Source: Hemiscyllium ocellatum (lineage: Eukaryota). Taken from it: 64,000 nucleotides of DNA. The stretch is taken from positions 16,520,496 through 16,584,495 of the forward strand of contig NC_083431.1 of NCBI RefSeq assembly GCF_020745735.1, in the 5' to 3' direction. Both the position numbers and the translations under genes were made by a program. The first letter of the stretch is position 1, and every line of letters begins with the position of its first letter. Below are positions 36,621-49,142 of this stretch, piece after piece. The notes under the pieces were generated by a model. That model saw nothing but the letters and a program-made list of their open reading frames with translations. It did not search any database and was not told the DNA's origin.

Positions 36621-37411
36621 GTGAGATCATCACCTGCAAAGGTTTTCTCTATATTGTTTTTTTTTAAATGTGGTATCATCACGATTTTCAGTTACCTTTA
36701 AATGACCTAAGCTCTTTTTTTCCCCAATAAAGTGGCTACGATTCCAAGGTATCATTGCTAATGCACGTATTTGCTGCAGCTCCTATTCGGGATGGGGAAA
36801 ATATAATATGATGTGTTTGGAAACCCAATTGGCTTTATGTACGATGAGAATTTTTTTCAATCTGCGAATGACTGACTGACTGGAGCTCTTCTTTTGAAGG
36901 GGTGAACAGTATAAATTCAGTTGAAGTTGCATTCCTTAGTACAAACTATAATTTGTAACGTGGATGATTAGGCAGAACGTGATGGTGACTATGTTTTTCG
37001 CGGATGTAAGGGGCTGATTTGGAATATCTGCAGAGATAAATGGACTCCACCTTCAAACACAGTAGCTTAATCTCGAAATAATTAATCGGACCTTTTTTCT
37101 CTTGTAGCGGTGGATTTTCTTATGGTGGGAGGTGTGTCGGGGAGAGAGGTGAGAGAGAATGGTGACCCTGCTGGGGAGGAGTTAATTGTCTCTAGTAATC
37201 CTAAAATGCCATACATTTCAAAAAGTCTGTTTGTACCCAAAGTGTGTTATTTTTGTTGTTTTGCTCTTTCCCTTTTTCATATACGTTCCCACCCCGGTAT
37301 TAATCTGTATCGAGACAGAATCTAGTTTTCTCATAGCTTGAAACGCCAAGTTTTTAAAGGGAAAAAAAGGTAACGCTTCCTGTCATACCAGTGTAATTTA
37401 TTTTTCTATTT

Positions 37412-37453
37412 GTGTGTGTCTGTCTGTGTGTGTGTCTCTCTCTCTCTCTCTCT
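37412..37453 (+). repeat. Compound (GT)n(CT)n microsatellite
   Basis: tgtgtgtgtctgtctgtgtgtgtgtctctctctctctctctct. Confidence 0.9.
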
Positions 37454-37797
37454 GTGCAAATGGAGGCTTTCCCGTCTCGACTTGCGTGTCTGATGGGGAG
37501 AGGGCGCTATAAATCCCAGATGAATGAGCTGCATCCGTGCCGAGTGCTCGTACTTCTTAAATTCTTCCGCTTTTTCAAAGCGGGAAGTTTTAGGATGTGC
37601 GTTCTCGTGTCTTTTTTTTAAATTCGGACTTAATGTTGGAAGTCCAACTACGATCAAGTCTTTATATCTTTAGATGCATGTTCTTCTTGAAAGCCAGCAG
37701 TCCTGTACGTAGCTTTTATAATCGTGCGCTTTCAAATTAGTGCAATTTTAAATCACGGTGTGCTGCTTTTTCTGCCTTCCCCTGTCAAGCAAGCACG

Positions 37798-37929
37798 ATG
37801 TCCGATAGGAAGGCTGTGATCAAAAATGCTGACATGTCTGAAGATATGCAGCAAGATGCAGTAGACTGTGCAACACAAGCCATGGAAAAGTACAACATTG
37901 AAAAGGACATTGCCGCCTTTATCAAAAAG
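37798..37929 (+). CDS. DYNLL2: Dynein light chain LC8-type 2, coding exon 1
   Basis: [44 protein letters not shown]; 132 nt; donor AAG|gtacct; S2/D16/A21/D23/M29 are DYNLL2-type residues. Confidence 0.97.
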
Positions 37930-38870
37930 GTACCTTGCTATATACTTATTTTCTTTTTCCGTTTTAACAATTGCTTTTAAATGGGTATAGCCTTGAGCTG
38001 AAGAGCTGGTTACTAAGACTGTGTGCAGGAGCCAGTTAACAATAACGTGCAGTTACCCTTGTGCTGTTGTAATGCAGCATCTGTATTGTTTATCTCTCCT
38101 CTTGCTTTTATTTCAATACAGCATTCAACCATTAGAAATTGAATTCAAAATCATAAGATCAGACTTCACTCATGCTCTTCTACAATAAAAGAACTTTGCC
38201 TAGCTTATCAGAATTTTGAGATACTGAGTGAATATTGTGCAACTGTTGCAGGGTTTTATCCTTGACGTTTAGTGTCAGATAATTGCCACTCACTTAGACC
38301 TCAAGACAATCACAAAATCAGTGTCTTCTAAAGGAATGTGGAGTGTTCTTGCATAATGTAACTTAAAATCACCTGGGAAAACCAATATTATGATATTGGA
38401 ACAGAAAAGGCCTCTATGTTAAACACAAACCATGGACTTCGTACCCTGAATGAACAATAGGGGGAATTTTGTGAAATGTTAAGACTGTGTGTACATTTTC
38501 TACTTTTTAATTCTTAATCAAGTCATGCTAGTTTAGCTCCATATAGCCTTAAACCCCCCTGAATTTCAATTGAAATGTCATCCTTTGCATCATCTTCCAA
38601 AGATGGGTAATAAAACCCAATCTAATTTACTTTTACCCCAGAATTTTTTTCCATTACAACCCCTATTCACCAAACCTGGGACTCCATTGATTTGTATCTC
38701 TAGCACTGTACTATTTCACTTTTTTAATGTTTTTTTTTTGTTTAAAACAACAGTTAATAAACATTGTACTTTTATTCGGGATTGACCTATACTGACAATG
38801 CATGTTGTGGGAAGATGTTTGTGTGCGTGTGTGTGGTTTTTTTTAATGAATGATTGATTGATTGATTTGA

Positions 38871-39032
<162 letters not shown>

Positions 39033-40150
39033 AAGGAGAAAGGGGTTTAAGAAATGAACTAATGCACTGACGGCTGGAGCCACAGTCCCTTTAATGGCTA
39101 AACAGCTGCATGGACTTTATCTTGTGTATATGTAGCAGTAAACTTGCTTTAGTTGCCCAGAAAGGCTTTCTTTTCTTTGTATTCGATTGAAATGGATAAA
39201 TGCTTAACAGTGGCCTTTAAAAGAATAAACTGGAACGGTTGTACTTGAAGATTGGATCACTGGACTTCTCTTCAGAAGCAAAATTTTATTTTTCAATTCA
39301 ACCCCAATCCTATTTTTTATTTTTCTCCAATTCTTTCTATTTGGAAGAGAGGGCGGTTGTACTGGAGATGTTGGTTGTATTGGCTTTCTTTTGTTTTTTT
39401 AAGCTATATTTTTTTTAATAGCAAAAATTGCTATTGCATTGAATTCCATCAGCAACACGTTCCTTTTTTTTTAAAATAAAAAGGTAATTGAATTTGATTC
39501 ACCACTGTTCTGAGGCTAAGTAAGATTTTATTTAAAAATCCGCTACATAGAAACATGAAATTGTTGGATTACCAGAATGACCAGGAAGGCTTGATTGCAC
39601 CTTAAGCAGGGCAAAACAGTGTGTTTTCCCCCTTGTGCTGTAATCTGCCAAGAGTGGAGAAACTTTCAATACTTAGAATTCTGTGCAAGGTCATCATCAA
39701 ACCAGCAACAGCTGAAGTTGCTCTGACTTGCTGTAAAATGTACAGATGCTACCAGGCAGTTTGTACATGATCATGTGGTGTTTTTTTTTTGTTTGCATGT
39801 TTTCCAAGGTATCTGTAACATGGTGTCTTTTTTTTTCAAAACCTATCCCTTACACAAACCATTTTAAACATTATAAGCTATCCTTATTAATATAAGCAAA
39901 CTATATATACTTTAAAGGTGCTTATATTGATTTTCTAGTCTTCCCAAATGTCAAACAAATCTAAACTGCTGAGAATTTTGATTTTCTTCCCCCCCCCCCC
40001 CACCCCCCCACCCCAATACCTTTACTTGTGTATGTACTTAGACTACATAGCTTGTGATTAAAGCATGGAAAAGCTTCACTCCTTGTTCATAATCTGTCAA
40101 TGAGCTAACTGTTAATGTAATTGCCAATAAATGGAAAGTGTCAGACCTCT
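39033..40150 (+). other. DYNLL2: DYNLL2 3' UTR with tandem polyadenylation signals (end approximate)
   Basis: U-rich and TE-free; AATAAA at 39224, 39475, 40126 and again near 41156. Confidence 0.6.
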
Positions 40151-43039
40151 GTCAATTATGAAAGCTGTCTTGATGTTTTTCTTTGATCATGAAGGGCTTG
40201 AATGTGCAAACGAGTGCATTGTTGCTTTTTGCTCATTGAAATGACAACTGTAACTGGATACCATCTTACATGAATGAGCTGCCCTTGGACTCTGCTGAAT
40301 TCTATGCCCTATCGTAACTCTTTTTATCCATTTGTATTAAATTAACAACTGAGCACAAGTGGACCATTGTGCTTGCACCTAGGTTTTGAGTAAAGCTGTT
40401 TTCTAACCTTTTTTTTATAAGCTAATATTTTTGTCTGTATGCTCCTTTTTTAAGGCCTTTTATTGTGCAATTGGATTTTTTTTTGGATCATCTTGGTGAT
40501 GTAACTCCATGTACTTTGAAGGAAAGCAGGAGCTGAAGGACTATCCTCTGTAAGACTTTTTATTTTTTAAAAAAAGCTATTCGCTTGTCCATACAAACGG
40601 AGCTAAGAAAATAAGTTAAACTCCCAACATTTTTTTTTTCTATAGTCTGACTGGAGCACGACTTCCAAAGCTTTGGGTCAAAGAATCAAGATAACAATGA
40701 ACATGTCCTGTCAATCTAATTGTTTTGAGTGACTCTTAAATATTGTTCAAATAATGACAGCTTTGCAAAGAAAAGGAAAAACAAAATTCTACATCCTGAG
40801 AATTAAATTTAAGGTTTGCAGGAAGGAGGGTGATAAAGAGAAAGAAAACACATAGTTTGTACTAAGCATGATAGCATCAAACAATTTAGTTTTAAAGAAG
40901 TTTCCTATGTTGTTCAGTAGCAGCTAGGCTGAATGGTGAGTGGTTTTCTTTCATTTGGGGTTCAGGAGAAGGAATTTGTTTTGGTTTTATTGTTTTTAAC
41001 AGAAGTTAACGAATTTGCATTTGAGAGCCAGTTAATAACTAAAATCTTAATTACACTAACAAACTAACTTTCTTTTATATTGGTGTTTCTGCACTGCAAA
41101 GGCACAATTACCTGAGTGCTGTGGTGAGTTTGTTTGAACATCGAAATCCCGTTGAAATAAAAATGGAGTGGACCATATGGGCAAAAATACTTCAGTTTTC
41201 TGTCCTGTAAGTGTTGGAGGAAGTAATTTGGTTCTTCAAACCTACAGGAGTAATACCAACTTTACATTTCACCTTCTGGCATTACAATTCTTAATTCCCG
41301 TACTACCTAAAACGATCAACAGTAGAAAAGTGGCCTTTCAAAATGCTGAGGTAGTTGGGACTTCTGTTTATAATCTAAACCAGGAATAACTTGCTATCCC
41401 CAATGGCCAACATCACTGTCCTAGGAATGGCTGAAGTTTGGAGCAACCATAACCTAGTTGTGTTAGTAGAAAGAGCTCCATAACTACCTCCTATTACTCT
41501 ATATGGCACTGCTCTTCTCCAGTGAGGAAACTAGGTGTGGATTTCAATGTTTAGTGGTACCACTGCTGTCCAAGTCATGCAGATGTGGTGCTAGACTCAA
41601 ACAAATGCTCAGCATATGAATGTAGTCTACTTCACTTACATTCACTGTGGAAAACTGGTCATCTTGGATTAATGGATCAGCACAAGAATTGTATGCCACC
41701 ACAATTTTTAACAGCTTGGCACAACCTTGTTTTGGTTTATAAGCGAGGCAGGAAATAAAATCCTTCAGAATGGAAGGATATGCTAGTTATACTGAAAATT
41801 ATCATGCGATAATATTTAAAAAGCCATTTAGTCACCAGAAGTAGCATGTTGTAAACAGCTTTAGGATTCTAAAGCTTGCTGGACCAAAAAGGTATACAAT
41901 CATGTTTAGGTTAAAAATGGCAGTTGGCACAGAGCTGAACATGCATGAATGTTCACAGCCTCAACCAATATGGCACTCAGTGGGAGCGAAAGACAAAGAT
42001 GAAATGATTCTAACTGTTTTAAACCAGAAGGACAGTGTGTGTGGTCTCTTTCAGCCTCATCCCAATGACTTGTCATCCATATCATAATGTTATAAATATA
42101 ACATTAAGTCCAGTCACTAATGTTGACAATCCACACGGCCATAACCACTCTTTCGGCTTACTGACAATATGAATGATTGACCAGTTATATACTTTTTAAA
42201 AAAAAAAAATTTAATCTAATCCACTAAATTACTGCAATATCAGCCTCCTCTCCATCCTCAGTCCAATAGGGAAAGGGGTCATCAATAGTTTGGATGATTA
42301 ATGGTGAAATCAGGTTCCATAAATACAGCTTAGCTCTAGATGTTATCATAATCTTGATCGAGTGCTGTGAGCTGAATGCTAATAGAGAGGTTAGAGTACT
42401 TGCCCTTGACTTTAAGACCAGATTCAACCAGCTATGGCACCAAGCAAAACAATTAAAAGGGCCAAACCCTCCTCTGGCTACAAAAAGGACATGTCAAACA
42501 GGAAGATGGTATTGCAGTCCCAGACCACAATGTATCCAGATGTGATTCATCAATGACCATCACTCAGTTGCGAGGTCGGAAGTGGTTGTGTGCTGATGAG
42601 TCCACAAGTGTTCAACTGCATCCACACCTCTTTCAAAAACCCTTGTCAGCAGGACATGGATAATGAGTTAATCAAAAGAAGTTCCAGACATTTCTCCATG
42701 ACCTTCAATGACACAACTATCACAAAGTCTTCTACTGTTATCAGAGATCACCAAAAGCTGGATGTTCACAATGTGTGATTCACCTCCGAACTTAGAAATC
42801 CCTACATACAGTCTGTGAGGCTTAATGCCCACCTAGAACAATGCAGCATCAGCTATGTTGAAGGTGTTTGACATAATTCAGTGTATTTAAGGTACCCCGG
42901 TCACCTTCATCTATATGCATCCCTCTTACCATTTGGTGTACTGTGGCTAGAGTTCCTAAGTCTGGCAAGGTTCATTGCAGCAATATAACAAAGCTTCTTT
43001 GACAGTATCTTCCTTCCCTGCAGCCTTGACTACTGAGAA

Positions 43040-43311
43040 TCACAGAATCCCTACAGTGTGGAAGCAGGCCTTTTGGCCCATCAAGTCCATACCAACCTTC
43101 CAAACAGGAGCATGTCACCCCTTTATCCTATTCCTGTAACCCTGCATTCCCCATGGCTAATCCACTTAACCTACACATCTTGGTCTGTGGGAGGAAACCC
43201 ACACAGACATGAGAATATGCAAACTCCACACAAACAGTTGGCTGAAGTTGGAATTAAACCTTGGTCCTAGGCGTTGAGGCAGCAGTGCTAACCACAGCCA
43301 CTGTACTGCCC
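43040..43311 (-). mobile_element. Older diverged V-SINE copy
   Basis: ACAGTGTGGAAGCAGGCC...GGCAGCAGTGCTAACCAC. Confidence 0.75.
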
Positions 43312-44019
43312 AAAAAGTACAGAAGCATCAATCTCATGAGAAAACCATAACTTTTAAATTCTTCAATTCACATGCTACCTGGAAATGGCCAGAAATCATA
43401 CTCCTGCGATTTCCAATGCATCATCATCATTAGGACTGCTGTCATTTGAGAAGAAGGCCTCACATACAACACCAACCTCACCCTAGGACAACTGGGGATG
43501 GGAAATTAATATTGCCTTGTCATTGTCATTCAGAAACTTGGAAAAATATAGTAAGATCTTTAGGTCATTTCAGAACTCCAATGCTTTTGTGCCTAACAAT
43601 ACTACAAAGTGTAAAGATAAGCCAAAGAGACCAAATAGGACAAAAATGAAATTCTTGGGTTGCTGGAAGCCAGAAATCAAAACAGAAAATGCCTGGCATT
43701 CTCCTGTCAAGAGAGAAAAAGATTTAATGTTGCAGAATTAGACTAGGTTACATTCTAGCTTCTAGGTTAAATTGTCATTCTCTGTGGTTCTCAGCCAGGG
43801 AGGAAGCAGGAATGCTAAAATCAACTTCAGCATCCCTGAGCTGTCGAGAGGAGTTAGGCTTATTCATATCTATCAAATCATTACCGTTGAAAGACATAGA
43901 CAATGAATAAAGATTAGATTCAGATCATTTGAACTTGCATTATTTTTCCTATAGTTCATGATGTCCTTAAGAGAATGTCAGAAGTCACACAACACAGGTT
44001 ATAACAGGTTTATTTGAAA

Positions 44020-44056
44020 TCACAAGCTTTCAGAGCACTGGTCCTTCATCAGGTGA
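44020..44056 (-). ncRNA. Minimal hammerhead motif in a Penelope-type repeat (about 43978-44290)
   Basis: Reverse complement TCAC-CTGATGA-A-GGA-CCAGTGC-TCT-GAAA-GC-TT-GTGA; perfect 4-bp stem I, palindromic AAGCTT stem III; same family as 21837-21977. Confidence 0.68.
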
Positions 44057-44794
44057 AGTGAAGAGAAGCACACAGGCACAGAATTTATAGGCAGAGAGTT
44101 CAAAAGATGGAACAAATGGTGTGAGTGAAGTGTTGATAGACTGAATAGCAAGTCGCTGCAAGTGATCAAAAATGTCAGACGGTGTGAGTAAAGTGTAAAC
44201 AGCTGAATAGCAAGTGAAGGGATGACCTATGATCTGATTAATTGAGGCTGAGAGATAATTACAAAAAAATTAAAAATAAGGTGGTGCTTAAGAGAACAAC
44301 ATTTATCATCCTTATCAGGTATGGCCTACATATGGCTCCAGGCGCACAACTTTGTGGATAAATCATAACTGAAACATCCTAGAAAGCTTTACAATTTCAT
44401 AGTAGTGGATAATAAGTGCTGGGCTTGCCAGTGACACTCACATCCTGTGAATAAATTATTTTTAAAAAGTACTGATGCCAATATAACGACACCCCAGCAA
44501 GATTAAAGGCATTCAAACTGGAATGGTGAAAATTGTGCTTTCTACGCCCAATGTTTCCATAATTATTTTTCTTATTTTTAAGGTAATGAGGCTCTAATGC
44601 TAGGCTATAGTGTGCAGGGAATAGATCAGCCTCTAGTGATGGACTTCATCCAAGTTGCTGATCTTCAATATGTGAGCACTGATGATGAATGTTAATGGAA
44701 ATCAGCAGGATGTTCAATAGTGAAGGCGTTGTTACTAATGCAGATTCTGTTTGAATTCAAAGTCCCCTATGATGTACTGCTAAGAATGAGTTCT

Positions 44795-44840
44795 TGAATA
44801 CAATAAGGAACAAAATCTGAATACAATAAGGAACAAAATC
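44795..44840 (+). repeat. Perfect 23-bp tandem duplication
   Basis: TGAATACAATAAGGAACAAAATC x2. Confidence 0.95.
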
Positions 44841-47059
44841 CTTATTCTGTGTGGATCAGCTACTGGAGCAGAGATCAGGGTTTGTTGCTGGTCTGCCTGA
44901 TTCAGATACTTAGGAGATTAACTTGGTAAGCCTGTTTGGATCTTATTTGCTATAAAATTATTAAATGATTCTCTTTCACAAAAAATGACCTTAAAATTAC
45001 TCAGGCCTCTTGGTGCCACACTTTGTCAAATGCACTTGATGCAACGGTTGTTCTTACCTCACCATTGGAATTCAGTTGTGTTGACCCATTCTGGGCTAAG
45101 GCTGTAACTGCTTTGGAGTTGAGTGGCTTTGGTAGAACCCAAATGGAATATTGCTGAACGAAATGCTACTTGATAAAATATTGATTACACCTTCCATTAA
45201 AATACTGTTAATTGATCCTACCTGCCTGGTAGTGTGTCAAAATATTGATTAAACTAACTATACCTTGGAAGTTTTCATTTTCTTTCAGCTAAGTGTTGTA
45301 TAGCTCTAGTGGAACAGCTAGTTCTGGAGCATCAGTATTCAGCACTACACCTGGGATGTTATTGGGGCCCATAGCCTATACTGCATTTGTATACTTTGCC
45401 ATTTTTTAATACTACATGTAGTGAGAGAAACTGACTGAAGACAGGCATCTGTGATTGTGGAGTTCTCAGGAAGAGACCGAGATGGATCATTTACTCATTG
45501 CTTCTGACTGAAAGTGGTTACAAATACTTCAGACTTGCCTTTTACGCTTACACAAAAGCCTCACCATTGTTGAGCATGGGGAAATTCACAGAGTCTCCTC
45601 CTCCCATTGACTGTTTAATTGTCCATCACCATTAATAACCAGCAGTGACCGCAGTTAGGCGAAAAAAAGAAAAAAAACAAAAAAAAAGGAATGTTTCACA
45701 CAGCATTGCCTTTAGTGAAGGGCACTGCTTGTCATTGGACCAGAAAAATAGAGAAAAAAAATAACCAAAAGTGGCAGGACAACGCTTTAGTCTGATCCAT
45801 TGTTTGTGGGATTGTTTAGCTATATCTATACCATGGGGCTTCGGTTGTTTACCACAGTTGCAGTCCGTTGTAGCTGCATTATGTTGGTAGCTCATATTTA
45901 AGAACACCTGGTGCTACTCTTGATGGGCTCTGCTATCGTCTTAATTGAAACAGGATTAGCTTCATGGTTTGCAAGTAGTAATGTTCGAGTCAGATATATG
46001 CCAGGCCATGAAGTTCCAGATTCTGATGGAATAAAATTCTGCTGCTGTTGAAGCCACCATCATCTTCTGAATGTGCAGTTTTAAAGTTGGTGGTGACTTT
46101 ATGCTGATTATGTTCCCATGATAGCGTTAGGTTGCTAATTCCAAGATGTTGACCCTATCCACGTTTGGATGCTGAATGTAATTAATGAGAGATGGCCTGA
46201 CAATAGGCAACAAAACCACAAATCTCTAGAGATTTAAAACAAAATGCTGAAAAAAAACACGGATTTTCCAACAGTAAAGTAAAAAGCAGAGTTACATTTT
46301 GACATAAGTCTTTGCTAGAATTGAAGACTATAAGGAAGCTTGTTTAAAGACATTATGAATTTTCAAGATGAAAAATAGCTAAAATTTGTGAAAACAAATG
46401 TGCTTTCCAAAATTGAACAGGAAAGGATTCAAAATGAGATCCCCTTTTCTGTTTTACAATTACGTTTTTTTTCATAGATCAAATTATCATTCCATATAAA
46501 TCACTTGTCGAGCACTCAACACACGCCATCTCCTCTGCTACAGAGTAACAATCAGAACCCTGGCAACACAATCCAAATCTATCTGGCTTCGTACAGTGTA
46601 ACTGTAAGAAAACATAGCGCTTACCAACATCACTATCTCCACCTGGAGTAATTCACAATGCCAGCCACTCAGTAAAGGTTACTTGTTACCACTGTGTATA
46701 CATATAGTGCATATTATAATTGTAACTACTTTTGTAACCAGAGAACAATTGGAATTATATTATTAAAAATATGGTTAAAGAACCGAAACTCGAAAGGTTT
46801 TAAAAAGAAAAGACTAACAGAATAAAGGATACATTAGTAAACCTTGATACTAACTCAGGTTCCCAAACAGAAAAAAACTAATCCTTATTCACAATCAAAA
46901 ACCCTTCACAGCCATGAAAAAAAATCTTCCATTAAGTTTCCCCTTTGTCAAAGTAGCCCAAATGATTCGAATCTTGACTCAAATAATCTCGTTAACTCTG
47001 CCAGGAAGAACACTTAAGGTTCACAAACACAGCACTGAATCCCTCTCAATCGAGAGAGG

Positions 47060-47187
47060 AATGAGACCTTTACCAATCAGTTGTTGATGTAGGTGTGCCC
47101 TTTAACCCGGAGGAAGTCGTTGGTTGTGTACAGTTGTTACCATAGAGAAGAGTTCAAATTGAAGGAAGTGAGTCAATGGGAAGAGCC
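47060..47187 (+). promoter_or_regulatory. HEATR6 proximal promoter / 5' UTR
   Basis: CCAATCAG near 47073, GGAAGT ETS sites near 47112 and 47164, RFX-like GTTACCATAG near 47136, small CpG island over exon 1. Confidence 0.5.
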
Positions 47188-47379
47188 ATGGCTGCTGAGG
47201 AAGGACAGAGGGGAAGAGCAGCGGTTTACCCTCAGCCAGACTGTGGCTTTCACCGCTTCTACACCAAGCTCTCCACCATCAGGGCCTCGGACGACGAGAA
47301 TTTTAAAACCGAGGTCAACCTGGTGTTCGATCAGCTCATCTCGGAAAACTACCTCAACGATCCCAGCATCAGCCGCGAG
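47188..47379 (+). CDS. HEATR6: HEAT repeat-containing protein 6, exon 1
   Basis: gccATGg Kozak; GFHRFYTKLSTIRASDDENFKTEVNLVFDQLISENY matches human GFRRLSARL...TEIHLLFDQLISENY as recalled; donor GAG|gtaagg; in-frame upstream ATG at 47176. Confidence 0.9.
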
Positions 47380-47532
47380 GTAAGGAACAGGCGTGGGGGC
47401 AGAGCCCTGCTGCCTCTGGTCTGGGGTAAGTGACAGTCACTCCAGCCACAAGCCACGAAATACAGCCACGTCGCAACCTCTTGCTGCAAATCGTTTCATC
47501 TGGGAAGCAACTATTCAGATTGAGTTGTATAA

Positions 47533-47646
47533 TGGTTCTTGTGGTGCGGTGGTAGTGACCCTACCTGTGGACTGGGAGGCCCAGGTTCAAGGCCCGCTTG
47601 CTCCAGAGGTGTGAAGTAATTTCACTCAACAGGTTGATTAGAAAAA
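47533..47646 (+). mobile_element. Very short tRNA-derived SINE (third family)
   Basis: GGTTCTTGTGGTGCGGTGGTAGTGACCCTACC...GGTTCAAG...CCAGAGGTGTG...AACAGGTTGATT; related copies at 11461, 29864 and 62122. Confidence 0.6.
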
Positions 47647-47669
47647 TGGGTTAATTTAAAAGAAAACAT

Positions 47670-48285
47670 TGCCCCTCCCCTCTTCAGAGTAAGGGAGTTC
47701 AAAACTTGGTGGACCTAGGTTTAGGGTGAGAAGGGAAAAATTTAGATTAGATTAGATTACTTACTTCGGCCCAACAAGTCCACACCGACCCGCCGAAGTG
47801 CAACCCACCCATACCCCTATATTTGCCCCTTTACCTAACACTACGGGCAATTTAGCATGGCCAATTCACCTAACCTGCACATCTTTGGACTGTGGGAGGA
47901 AACCGGAGCACCTGGAGGAAACCCACACAGACACGGGGAGAACGTGCAAAAACTCCACACAATCAGTCGCCTGAGTCGGGAATTGATCCCAGGTCTCTGG
48001 CGCTGTGAGGCAGCAGTGCTAACCACCGTGCCGCCCACTTAAAAGGGACAACCTCTTCATGCACAGGGTGGCACGTGAATGGAATGAGCTGTCAGAGGAA
48101 GTGGTGGAGGTTGGTACAATTACAGCATTTAAAAGGCATCTGGATGGGTATAGCAATGGGAAGGGTTTAGAGGGATATAGGCCAAATGCTGGAAGATGAG
48201 ACGAGATTAAGTTAGGATATCTGATTGGCATGGAGGAGTTGGACTGAAGGGTCTATTTCCATGCTGTACATCTCTACAACTCTAT
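47670..48285 (+). mobile_element. CR1 3' end interrupted by SINE
   Basis: CR1 sequence resumes after the SINE with GGACAACCTCTTCATGCACAGGGTGG and ends in the family tail. Confidence 0.8.
47742..48036 (-). mobile_element. HE1/V-SINE-type SINE nested in CR1
   Basis: Same head and tail as the other copies. Confidence 0.9.
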
Positions 48286-48795
48286 GTCCTTCTGGTCTAT
48301 TGGTTGATATATTTAAAGGGGCACAATCTTGTCATCCTCCCCCATTTCAAACACAAGTTTTTCATCCCATTTCTTGCTGAACTCGCTGTTCAAAATTGGT
48401 CGAATCTGCCATACTTATTCACAATGACTACTTATTTAAAAGAAATGCTTCGTCTGTTGGAGAGCCCTTTGGAATATCTGGAGACACTATACATATGCCA
48501 TTGTGTCTTTGATGGTGAGTGTTGTTAGAATGATTTGGATGTTGAGAAGGTGAATGCCACTTCATCATTATCCACTGTCTGCGAGTACACCTGTTTTTAA
48601 ACAAGATCTGCTTGGTAATTATGAATGGATTGTTAAGGACCAGAACAAACCCCATCAAAATATATTGAGAAGATAGCCCAAACCCTATTTTCTTATTTTC
48701 AATGTAAGTGTAAGAGTTTGCATTCCAGATTAATTCAATTGGTCAAACTACTTGACTTTAAGCAAAACACACTTTATTGTTACACAACAGTTATA

Positions 48796-49117
48796 CAGTC
48801 CTTGATCTGAAATCCTTGGGGGCCAGTTGTTTTTCAGATTTTTGAATTTTTCAGATTTCAGAATGAATGACATTTTCACAGTGAAATAAAAACATATTAC
48901 CAAACATCAGACCCACTCATGACTAGTACAAGCTCTGAGACACAATTGACTCCTGCTGGTGCTGGGCCACGCCGCCACATCACATCTGAGTGAGTTAGGT
49001 TGAGTAGGTGTGGAGCTGGGTCACATTTTTGTATGCCAAAACAACCTTGTTATATAGAAAAGAACTTCATGAAAAACACTTCAGATTTCAGAATTTTACA
49101 TAAAGGATTGTGTACTG
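48796..49117. mobile_element. pogo/Tigger-type MITE
   Basis: TA|CAGT...ACTG|TA; sub-terminal TCAGATTTCAGAAT repeats reminiscent of Tigger4/MER46 as recalled. Confidence 0.65.
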
Positions 49118-49142
49118 TACACTTAAAATAGAGACAAAATAA

